From Nanobdellota archaeon (GTDB taxonomy: Archaea; Nanobdellota; Nanobdellia; Woesearchaeales; GW2011-AR4), in NCBI GenBank assembly GCA_038046385.1, contig JBBSWH010000017.1, positions 1-31,586 on the forward strand: DNA of 31,586 bases, given 5' to 3'. The notes under the pieces were generated by a model that was not told where the DNA came from, searched no databases, and saw only the letters and a list, made by a program, of their open reading frames with translations. This document shows positions 1-7,023 of this stretch, piece after piece (position 1 is the stretch's first letter; each line of letters begins with the position of its first letter). The translations under genes and the position numbers were made by a program.

Positions 1-2
1 TT

Positions 3-135
3 ATTGTAAATTCATGGGTTTAAAACCCCATGCTTTAGCATGAATTTACAATCCCGCAGACTTGCCTATTAATTACGAGGCACAATCAAAACCCAGACTT
101 TTAAGTCAGGGATTGTGCCGAGTGGCAAGTCTGCG
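3..135. repeat. Two adjacent nested foldback elements (IS200/IS605-end-like or MITE-like palindromes)
   Basis: ATTGTAAATTCATG (3-16) pairs with CATGAATTTACAAT (39-52), enclosing GGGTTTAAAACCC and an alternative CATGC-TTTA-GCATG hairpin. CGCAGACTTGCC (55-66) pairs with GGCAAGTCTGCG (124-135), enclosing GGCACAATC/GATTGTGCC and GACTT-TT-AAGTC. Confidence 0.8.
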
Positions 136-208
136 TTATCTTGCAGTGCTTTTCGTACATTTCTGTATTGCATACTGTGCATAGGACATTTTCCTCTGGC
201 TTGGCCAT
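101..208 (-). pseudogene. Small CPxCG-related zinc-finger protein (HVO_2523-like), apparently interrupted after KHCKI by the foldback element
   Basis: Manual translation MAKPEENVLCTVCNTEMYEKHCKI-TQTCHSAQSLT*. The first CxxC and the EMYxxHCK motif are present. The expected second CPxCG knuckle is replaced by hairpin sequence from position 135. Confidence 0.55.
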
Positions 209-257
209 AGAATATACTTTTGATTGAATGTTTTAATACTTTTCCAAAGAAAAAATA

Positions 258-420
258 TGCTCCCGCCGGGATTCGAACCCAGGTCTTCGGATGTTTTTAG
301 CGCGGGCTAAAAACCCAGTGAATCTTTGATTCACGCTGCGAAAATCCGAAATGATTGGTTATCCCCAAAGAACAACCCCATATAATGGACTTTCTTCAGA
401 CCGGACTACACTACGGGAGC
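258..420 (-). tRNA. tRNA-Glu(UUC) with two introns: 42 nt in the D-loop (359-400) and 46 nt at canonical 37/38 (293-338)
   Basis: Removing both introns gives a 75-nt cloverleaf GCTCCCGTAGTGTAGTCCGGCCAATCATTTCGGATTTTCGATCCGAAGACCTGGGTTCGAATCCCGGCGGGAGCA. The 37/38 intron has a strict BHB (TTTT/AAAA helix, bulges CG^C and AC^A). The D-loop intron has a relaxed BHB (GTCC/GGAT helix). No encoded CCA. Confidence 0.92.
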
Positions 421-521
421 ATTAGTAGTCTAGATTTAGATTTTTTACCCTATTTTTAAATTTAGTGCTTTTAGGCTCGTATTTCACATACGTTTAAATT
501 CACGGAGAAAAAACCAAAGCA

Positions 522-788
522 ATGGAAAGCATTCTTGCGCTTCTCGCGTTGTTGTCAGGGATAGTTGGAACTTTTGCATATATCCCGCAGATTTTGCATA
601 TGGTAAAAGAGAAAAGCTCTAAAGGGACAAGTTTGAGTGCATGGATTCTGTGGCTGACAACCGGACTTGTGATTTTAGCCTACGCAATTGAAAAAAAAGA
701 GTTTGTTTTCGTGACAATAATGTCTGTTAGTTCCGCTGCAAACCTTGCTGTAGTCCTGCTGACTGTAAAATACCGGAAGAAAAATTAA
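522..788 (+). CDS. SemiSWEET/PQ-loop family small transporter
   Basis: 88 aa with three hydrophobic helices and the PQ-loop motif AYIPQI...KSSKGTS. Confidence 0.85.
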   Translation: MESILALLALLSGIVGTFAYIPQILHMVKEKSSKGTSLSAWILWLTTGLVILAYAIEKKEFVFVTIMSVSSAANLAVVLLTVKYRKKN

Positions 789-792
789 AAAG

Positions 793-923
793 TGGGCCTC
801 AAGGGATTTTTTCTGCACGGCTTGTGCCAATGCATTTGAACCCTCGACCTACGGCTAGCTTAGAATATGTTTAAAACACGGCCATATAAGACCGTCGCTC
901 TAACCAAGCTGAGCTAGAGGCCC
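793..923 (-). tRNA. tRNA-Ile(UAU) with two 28-nt introns: canonical 37/38 (857-884) and T-loop ~59/60 (~807-834)
   Basis: Spliced 75-nt product GGGCCTCTAGCTCAGCTTGGTTAGAGCGACGGTCTTATAAGCCGTAGGTCGAGGGTTCAAATCCCTTGAGGCCCA. Anticodon TAT is at 888-886. BHB at 37/38 (CTTA/TAAG helix, bulges TA^T and CT^A). The T-loop intron boundary is ambiguous because AAAT is repeated. Confidence 0.9.
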
Positions 924-947
924 ACAGAATACCGAGATTTATCTTGG

Positions 948-959
948 TTTAAAAGGTTT
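948..959 (-). promoter_or_regulatory. BRE/TATA promoter of tRNA-Ile
   Basis: Minus strand AAACCTTTTAAA lies about 25 nt upstream of the tRNA 5' end. Confidence 0.6.
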
Positions 960-969
960 TTGTTAGCCC

Positions 970-1185
970 TTACCCAAACTTGCCTTCTCTTGACAGGCCT
1001 TCGATTGCCATCCTCAGCTTTTCAGCGTGCTTTTCAAGGTCGCGCTTCAGCTCTTTGTATTCTTCTGCGCACAGCGGATGGCCATCTTTTTCAGCATCAG
1101 TTACTGCATGCTTGTCTATATGCCCGACTAATTTCGATATCTTATACAAAATTTTTACCTTATTATAGTTGCAGCTGCAAATCAT
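970..1185 (-). CDS. Small helical hypothetical protein
   Basis: 71 aa with SD GAGGTG upstream and two predicted long helices containing His/Cys/Glu. Confidence 0.7.
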   Translation of the reverse strand: MICSCNYNKVKILYKISKLVGHIDKHAVTDAEKDGHPLCAEEYKELKRDLEKHAEKLRMAIEGLSREGKFG

Positions 1186-1249
1186 ATCGATACCACCTCT
1201 TTTTTGAGTATCCTGTTTTTCAAGCTATTTAAACTTTTGCATGCCCTTT

Positions 1250-1399
1250 GCTCTGTAGAAAATCTCGCTTCGCTCGGCTGCCATCGCTCGCATTATCTGT
1301 ACACCTAAATTGCAAAAATTCCCATTGCAATTTCCTTTTTGCTGAATGTTAAGCCTTATTATGCTCGCATATTGATGGCAGCTTTATTTTCTACAGAGC
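1250..1399 (-). repeat. Foldback element family A, copy 1
   Basis: 14-bp terminal IR GCTCTGTAGAAAAT (1250-1263/1386-1399) and inner stem GCTGCCATC/GATGGCAGC. The minus strand has a tandem-GA core GCGAGCAT/ATGCGAGC and a side hairpin CGAGCGAAGCGAG. Confidence 0.85.
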
Positions 1400-1451
1400 C
1401 CATGCCTGTTTTATCATTAAATATTTATATAAGTTGATAGCATGAAACCAT

Positions 1452-2279
1452 ATGATAAGGGCAAGAAGCAAAATCATCCTTTTTTCTTTAATTGTTGTTC
1501 TGCTTTTGGCATCCTGCTCAAAGCCGGAATGTGAGAAAAACACAGACTGTGTTTCAGCAAACAAATGCGTTGCTGCAAGATGTGCAGATGAAAAATGTGC
1601 CTACACTTCAAAGGAGAACTGCTGCGGAAACGAAGCAAAAGACAAGATTGAAGACGGCAAGCCAGGAAATTCGTGCACATGCCCTTCTGATTACGGCAAG
1701 TGCGATGGTATTGGTAAGGTTAAATCGGGCTCAAGGACAATTGATGCAACATACGCCCATTACTATTGCCAGAATAATGAATGCATTTTGGGTGTTGAAA
1801 CAGATGACAAGTCAGCGCAGAATTTCCTCGATTCAATCAATGTATTTTATTTCAAGGCAAGCTCTGTTTTAGCATACACCAAACCATTTGACATGTCAAG
1901 TGACTATTTTGAATTGACATTAACGCTTGACGATGTAAACAAGGATTTGGAATTGCCGATTAAACTGACAAGGATAAATATGCTGTATACAAGCCCAAGC
2001 ACAAAATCAGAGCAGCTTATTGCAGAGCAGCAGCTTGCTAATTCAATAATCAGGATAGGCCAGCAAGTATTCTTAAGAGTCCCATTAAATCTTGATTACA
2101 GGCCGCAGGAAATAGAAGAAACTGGATCGTTAAGATATGTTCTTGATTATTCTTACACCAAAAGAGTTCCAAATGGGAAGAACGCAGACGGGTCAACAAT
2201 ATATTCAACAGAGCAGGTAAGGGAAAAATTCACTTCTCCGACAAAACAGGTTCTATTTGTAAGAAGCGAAGCAAAATGA
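1452..2279 (+). CDS. Cys-rich putative surface lipoprotein
   Basis: Signal peptide ending in lipobox-like LLLAS-C, about a dozen Cys in the N-terminal half and a beta-rich C-terminal half. Confidence 0.75.
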   Translation: MIRARSKIILFSLIVVLLLASCSKPECEKNTDCVSANKCVAARCADEKCAYTSKENCCGNEAKDKIEDGKPGNSCTCPSDYGKCDGIGKVKSGSRTIDATYAHYYCQNNECILGVETDDKSAQNFLDSINVFYFKASSVLAYTKPFDMSSDYFELTLTLDDVNKDLELPIKLTRINMLYTSPSTKSEQLIAEQQLANSIIRIGQQVFLRVPLNLDYRPQEIEETGSLRYVLDYSYTKRVPNGKNADGSTIYSTEQVREKFTSPTKQVLFVRSEAK

Positions 2280-2809
2280 AAAAAGGAGCCATAGAGCTTT
2301 CTATGAACTTTATTGTGGTAATCATAATATCCGTCGTCTTATTCGGCTTCGGAATATATTTTATTTCAAGATTAGCAGCACAGGCAACGGAATTGAAAGA
2401 CATGACTTCCGGAGAGCTGGATGAGAAAATCAGCAACCTTGTATGTGAAACTTCTGACAGGGTCTGCATTGGAATTGACAAGAAGACAATACAAAAAGGG
2501 AAATTTGATGTTTTTGGAGTCAAGATATTGAATATATTGGATACGCAGGATTTTGACATTAGAGTAGATCATCCAGATGGATTGCTTGGCTATAAAAAAG
2601 ATAAGACAGAGATTCCCCTTGATACCCCTTTGATAATTAACCCGCAAGAAAGAAGCGTTAAGATAAACAAGAACAATGAGCAAACATTAGGATTCGGGAT
2701 AGAAGTTCCGAAAGACGCGACATCTGGAACTTATATTTTTAACATAGAAATTAAAGTTGGTGGCGAGTTATACACGCCGCTGTTGAAGTTCTATGTCGAC
2801 GTACCATAA
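2276..2809 (+). CDS. Class III signal peptide (pilin-like) protein with Ig-like C-terminus
   Basis: MKKG|AIELS followed by a hydrophobic helix. Overlaps the previous stop (ATGA). Confidence 0.8.
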   Translation: MKKGAIELSMNFIVVIIISVVLFGFGIYFISRLAAQATELKDMTSGELDEKISNLVCETSDRVCIGIDKKTIQKGKFDVFGVKILNILDTQDFDIRVDHPDGLLGYKKDKTEIPLDTPLIINPQERSVKINKNNEQTLGFGIEVPKDATSGTYIFNIEIKVGGELYTPLLKFYVDVP

Positions 2810-2824
2810 TAAAACAGTATAATC

Positions 2825-3577
2825 TTACTCCGCTGCTTTTACAATTTCTGCAAAGCTTTTTGCGTTAAGTGAAGCGTTTCCGACCAATCCGCCGTCAATG
2901 TTTTTCATTGCAAGAAGCTCTTTTGCATTTTCCGGCTTCATTGAGCCGCCGTAAAGAATTCTTATTTTTTTGGCAGACTCTTCATTAAAAATTCCTGATA
3001 AGACTTTTCTTATGAAAACATGGGCTTGCTCTGCATCATCTTTTGTAGCTGCTTTTTGATTTGGATTTCCTCTGCTTATCGCCCACACAGGCTCGTATGC
3101 CACTGTAAGATTTGCAGTGTCCCCAACTCCAGCCAACCCCTTTATCAGCTGGCCTTCAAGAATATTTTCTGTTTTGTCATTGCTTCTCTGCTCCCAAGTT
3201 TCTCCGACGCAGAAAATTGGTTTTAGATTGTGCTTTAATGCAGAAATTAATTTTTTGTTTATCATCCCATCATCTTCCTTGAAGAATTCTCTTCTTTCAG
3301 AATGGCCAATGATTACATATTCGCAAAAATCTTTAAGCATCAAAGGGGATATGTCGCCTGTAAATGCGCCGGAATCATCAAAGTGCATGTTCTGAGCGCC
3401 GATTTTGATATTGCTTCCCTTGGCTTCTTTTGCAGCATCATGCAGCGCAGTAAATGAAGGGCACAAAACAATGTCTGCATTTGCATCTTTTACAATAATT
3501 TTGAATTCTTTAATGAAAGCGACAGCTTCTGCTCCTGTCTTGTTCATCTTCCAGTTTGCCGCAATAAGTTTTTTCAT
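2825..3577 (-). CDS. tpiA: Triosephosphate isomerase, bacterial/eukaryal type
   Basis: AANWKMN, IIGHSERR, AYEPVWAI, YGGS and DGGLVGNASL motifs; 250 aa. Confidence 0.97.
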   Translation of the reverse strand: MKKLIAANWKMNKTGAEAVAFIKEFKIIVKDANADIVLCPSFTALHDAAKEAKGSNIKIGAQNMHFDDSGAFTGDISPLMLKDFCEYVIIGHSERREFFKEDDGMINKKLISALKHNLKPIFCVGETWEQRSNDKTENILEGQLIKGLAGVGDTANLTVAYEPVWAISRGNPNQKAATKDDAEQAHVFIRKVLSGIFNEESAKKIRILYGGSMKPENAKELLAMKNIDGGLVGNASLNAKSFAEIVKAAE

Positions 3578-4197
3578 ATTTTTCTCCTCCTTGAAACTGC
3601 ACCTGAAATTATCAACAATAAAGAGATTATAAATGTTGCCATTGCAATTCTTAATCCAATGTCCATAAACAGCTGTTCAGGGTATAGTCGAACTATAATC
3701 TCTTTTGACGGGTCAAACATGTAGTTTCCCTGCGGGAAAAATGTTTTATGAAATGATTCAAATGTTGAATCAAAATTAAAAAAAATAAATAAAAATATTA
3801 ACGCTCCAAAAACAATTGTAAAAATTCCCCCGTAAAAAATTATATTTCCGAATTCTTTTTTTATGTTTTTGCTTTTTTTTGAAAGATAAACAAAAAGCAC
3901 TAGATATAAAACTACAAAAAAATAAAATAATTTGTTGGAAGCGCTAATTATATTCCTGACGTCTTCGAGATGGGATTTTTCCCTTTGGCTGAAATCATCC
4001 GGCAAATCATTTGTTCTTCCTTTGATAAAGTCAATAACTTTTCCGTGCAGTTCATCTGCATTCTTCACTTCGCTATATACGCCGTATTTTTCAAACTCGT
4101 GTTTGTAGAAATAATTATTGAATGCGTAGATGTTGAATGCAACAGATAAAACAATGAAAGAGATTGTAAGAATGAAAAAATATCTTATGGCTTTCAT
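3574..4197 (-). CDS. DUF1461/TIGR01906 integral membrane protein (Lit-like)
   Basis: Four hydrophobic segments and motifs E.SHLEDVR, FESFHKTFFPQGNYMFDP and LYPEQLF. Confidence 0.8.
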   Translation of the reverse strand: MKAIRYFFILTISFIVLSVAFNIYAFNNYFYKHEFEKYGVYSEVKNADELHGKVIDFIKGRTNDLPDDFSQREKSHLEDVRNIISASNKLFYFFVVLYLVLFVYLSKKSKNIKKEFGNIIFYGGIFTIVFGALIFLFIFFNFDSTFESFHKTFFPQGNYMFDPSKEIIVRLYPEQLFMDIGLRIAMATFIISLLLIISGAVSRRRKI

Positions 4198-4611
4198 TTA
4201 ATTGTCCATGACTATTACTTTCTTTTCTGAATCTATGGCTTTTTTTATAGCGTCTTCAATTGAATTTATGTTTTTCTTATGCTCTGTCTTGCTCGGCCTT
4301 TTCATTTCCTGAAAAACCTGCCTTGCAGCTGCAAATTTGATGTCTTCCTCTTCCTTTATTTCTGGAGCTTTTTCTTTTTCGGTCAGCTCTTCAAAGGCAT
4401 CTTTTTTCTTGTCTTCATCTTTTTCAGAATTTTTTTTGTTCCTTACGTAATCAGATGAGGCACCTTCTTCACTTGAGCCGTATTTCTGCTCGTTGTAGTG
4501 CTTGTCGTCGCTTTTGCCACTATCGGCCGCAAAAATGTTTCCGTATTTTGAAGAACCGTAACTAGAAGTGATATTCAGCTTGTCCTCATCCCATATTTTT
4601 GCATGATACAT
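4198..4611 (-). CDS. Hypothetical highly charged protein
   Basis: ORF track 4198..4626. The ATG at 4611 is preferred because it follows the stop of the upstream small ORF. K/E/D/S-rich. Confidence 0.7.
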   Translation of the reverse strand: MYHAKIWDEDKLNITSSYGSSKYGNIFAADSGKSDDKHYNEQKYGSSEEGASSDYVRNKKNSEKDEDKKKDAFEELTEKEKAPEIKEEEDIKFAAARQVFQEMKRPSKTEHKKNINSIEDAIKKAIDSEKKVIVMDN

Positions 4612-4615
4612 TGAG

Positions 4616-4774
4616 TTATGATGCAATCAACCCGTTCCATACTGGTTTTTTTATCTTATAGCCCTTCTTGATGAGCATATCGGCTTCTCTGTTGTTGCTC
4701 TCAAGCAGCTGGGCTTCAAAAGCCAAATCAGGAGTTACTTCTTCTATCTCGAAAAACGGTTGTAGTTGCTTCAT
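4616..4774 (-). CDS. Small hypothetical protein (52 aa), missed by the ORF track
   Basis: MKQLQPFFEIEEVTPDLAFEAQLLESNNREADMLIKKGYKIKKPVWNGLIAS*. Strong SD GGAGG and TTTAAAAA TATA upstream; fills the gap. Confidence 0.7.
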   Translation of the reverse strand: MKQLQPFFEIEEVTPDLAFEAQLLESNNREADMLIKKGYKIKKPVWNGLIAS

Positions 4775-4835
4775 TTCTCATTCCTCCCTCTGTTTTTAAA
4801 CCTTTCGGTTTTAACTACCCCACAGTAGATAAAAC

Positions 4836-5159
4836 TTAAGTTTTGGCAAGGATTAAATCAATCTTCTTTCGAAGCTCTGGCTCAGGGTAAGCCCCTATAA
4901 CCCTGTCAATCTCCTTACCCCCACTGAATATGATCATGCATGGGATTCCCCTTACATCGTGCTTTGCAGCAATCTCCTGATTATCATCAACATTCATTTT
5001 TGAAAATTTTAATTTTTTTGAGTATTCGCTTGATATTTTTTCAAGAACCGGCCCAACCATCCTACAAGGCCCGCACCATGGCGCCCAGAAATCAACGAGA
5101 ACAGGAGTTTTGCTGTTGGTGACTTCCTTGTCGAAAGTATCACTTGTTAAATCAAGCAT
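4836..5159 (-). CDS. trxA: Thioredoxin
   Basis: VDFWAPWCGPC active site and GIP cis-Pro motif; 107 aa. Confidence 0.97.
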   Translation of the reverse strand: MLDLTSDTFDKEVTNSKTPVLVDFWAPWCGPCRMVGPVLEKISSEYSKKLKFSKMNVDDNQEIAAKHDVRGIPCMIIFSGGKEIDRVIGAYPEPELRKKIDLILAKT

Positions 5160-5246
5160 AAGATACGTAGCTCTGAAATCATATTTAAGCTTTTTGTTAT
5201 TAGGAAAACATAATAAAAATCTTCAGGGCATTTTATAATTGAGATT

Positions 5247-5750
5247 TTACCTGAAAATCAAGAATCTTTTCTTGTCAGAATCCAGGTCAGTAAAAGAATC
5301 AACTTCTTCTTTTAATGCAGCAGAGCATGACTTGCCGAATGCAATGGCTTCTATCCTGCACCCAAGCGCGTGCCTTAAATGCCTCACCAAAGGAACATAA
5401 TCCCCGTCGCCGCTTACAATCACGATTGTATCAAGCCTTGGCGCCAATTCGATTGCATCCATTGCCAATCCGATGTCCCAGTCGCCTTTCTTTGCTCCGC
5501 CGGCAAATATCTGCAGGTCTTTTGCCCTTACTTTATATCCCATTTTTTCAAGAGCATCGAAAAAATTCTGCTCTTCACCGACATCTGCCTTGATAACATA
5601 GGCTATTGCCCGTATCATGCTTCTGTTGGCAGTCGCTGTCCTTAGAATTTGCGCAAAATTGACTTTTGCATTGAAAAGATTCTTTGCAGAATAGTACATA
5701 TTCTGTACGTCAACAAAAACTCCGACCCTTTGATCTTTGAATCCCGGCAT
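5247..5750 (-). CDS. NYN domain (LabA/DUF88, PIN-like) protein
   Basis: VFVDVQN, KGDWDIGLAMD, VSGDGDY and D.F.DL motifs. Confidence 0.92.
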   Translation of the reverse strand: MPGFKDQRVGVFVDVQNMYYSAKNLFNAKVNFAQILRTATANRSMIRAIAYVIKADVGEEQNFFDALEKMGYKVRAKDLQIFAGGAKKGDWDIGLAMDAIELAPRLDTIVIVSGDGDYVPLVRHLRHALGCRIEAIAFGKSCSAALKEEVDSFTDLDSDKKRFLIFR

Positions 5751-5751
5751 G

Positions 5752-5901
5752 TTAACCTTTTAAAACATTCTGCTCAAATCCGCAGCCCGCGCACATTATT
5801 TTTCCGTTTATGTATTCCATGCTCAGTTGTCCGCACTTCGGGCACTGCTTGACAACAGAAAATTTCCTAAGCTTTCCTGCAATCTCTTCTCCATTGTCCA
5901 T
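5752..5901 (-). CDS. Small CPxCG zinc-ribbon protein (49 aa), missed by the ORF track
   Basis: MDNGEEIAGKLRKFSVVKQCPKCGQLSMEYINGKIMCAGCGFEQNVLKG*. Two CxxCG knuckles; the stop is 1 nt before the NYN start; TTTATATA upstream. Confidence 0.85.
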   Translation of the reverse strand: MDNGEEIAGKLRKFSVVKQCPKCGQLSMEYINGKIMCAGCGFEQNVLKG

Positions 5902-6070
5902 GACTTAAGTTATATGGTGGAAGCAGGTATATAAAGATTGTGAAAAAAATTAATGGGCTTTGTTAAGACTAGTTTAAGCGACTATTTTATTGAGTTATCT
6001 TTAATTTATTTTGAGTTAATGTTATTCGTTAATGAGTTTTTAGTTATTGTTTTTATTAATATTTATTTCC

Positions 6071-6115
6071 GCCTTCGGCAAATGTTAGTGCTCGCTGGCA
6101 CCATAACCAGCTCGC
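6071..6115 (-). repeat. Motif family B, copy 1 (tandem-GA hairpin plus GCCGAAGGC)
   Basis: Minus strand GCGAGCTGG-TTATGGTG-CCAGCGAGC, 10-nt spacer, then GCCGAAGGC. Confidence 0.7.
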
Positions 6116-6152
6116 CATACATTATAAATCAAAAACTAAAACAAAAAAGAAT

Positions 6153-6365
6153 TCACTTAATTATTTCGTACTCTTTCACGATTATCCACGTGAAAAGCAT
6201 CAAAATAACTGCGCCTGCGATTATCCACGACAATCCAATCGGGCCTGCTTCGTTGAACATCAGCCACAGCCCATAGGCCATTATTCCAAAGCCAAGCCAT
6301 AAAAACTTGTCAAGCACAATCTTCATGATTTCAAATTCCTGGTTTTCTGTCAAGCGTCGTTTCAT
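6153..6365 (-). CDS. Small two-TM membrane protein
   Basis: 70 aa, LTENQEFEIMKIVLDKFLWLG followed by two hydrophobic helices. Abuts the upstream pilin-like gene. Confidence 0.8.
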   Translation of the reverse strand: MKRRLTENQEFEIMKIVLDKFLWLGFGIMAYGLWLMFNEAGPIGLSWIIAGAVILMLFTWIIVKEYEIIK

Positions 6366-6366
6366 T

Positions 6367-6906
6367 TTAACCTCTTACCACAACAAAAAAGTCTTTTTGA
6401 TCATAGACATTATCCGGTGTAGGCAAATCAGTGTCAATTACGTCAAACGTCATGAAATAAGAGCCTGAAGGAATTGATGTCGGTATACTCAATCTTATTT
6501 GCCTAACATTTGCATCCGCTGGGGGCACTTTATATTCAGTATTTTCACCAAATTGAAACCAATTGCCCACTTGAAAGATACCTCCAGTGGGACTTGAAAT
6601 TGGAGTAAACTGCATTTTATAGTGCAAGTCGGAATCTTTTTTATTTCTAATCCCTACAGTCAAATATTTAGCTTCTCCCTTATCAAGAGTGACAGAGTCC
6701 GGAAAGTTAACTTTTTGATCATTTGTTATCATTTGATTTACAATATCCTTCTTAACTTGATCTGTTACTGTGCTTGTAGTGTCCCCTATATCACTGAACA
6801 TTCCCCTAATAAATCCTAGTCCAAGACCAAGAAGCGTCATTGCCAAAACTATGATAACTATTGCCTGTATCGAAATCTCTAGAGAACCTTTCTTGTTGAA
6901 CATCAC
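6367..6906 (-). CDS. Class III signal peptide (pilin-like) protein, paralog of 2276..2809
   Basis: NKKG|SLEIS plus hydrophobic helix. C-terminal IP..IPSGSYFMTFDV resembles VP..ATSGTYIFNIEI. SD GAGGTGA. Confidence 0.8.
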   Translation of the reverse strand: MMFNKKGSLEISIQAIVIIVLAMTLLGLGLGFIRGMFSDIGDTTSTVTDQVKKDIVNQMITNDQKVNFPDSVTLDKGEAKYLTVGIRNKKDSDLHYKMQFTPISSPTGGIFQVGNWFQFGENTEYKVPPADANVRQIRLSIPTSIPSGSYFMTFDVIDTDLPTPDNVYDQKDFFVVVRG

Positions 6907-6989
6907 TTCACCTCTTTTTTATAACAAGACTATCATTTTATCTTAGGTTTATAAAGTTTTCGAATTGAGATTTTATAAATTCTAACAGC

Positions 6990-7001
6990 AACCTTTAAAA
7001 A
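6990..7001 (+). promoter_or_regulatory. BRE/TATA promoter; probably leaderless rpl10e transcript
   Basis: AACCTTTAAAAA ends 22 nt before the ATG at 7024. Confidence 0.6.
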
Positions 7002-7023
7002 CAGGCAGAATTTCCATTTCTTC

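Noticed and set aside
5953-6276. 107-aa plus-strand ORF
   Set aside because: It is a by-product of the T-rich tract and overlaps a better minus-strand gene.
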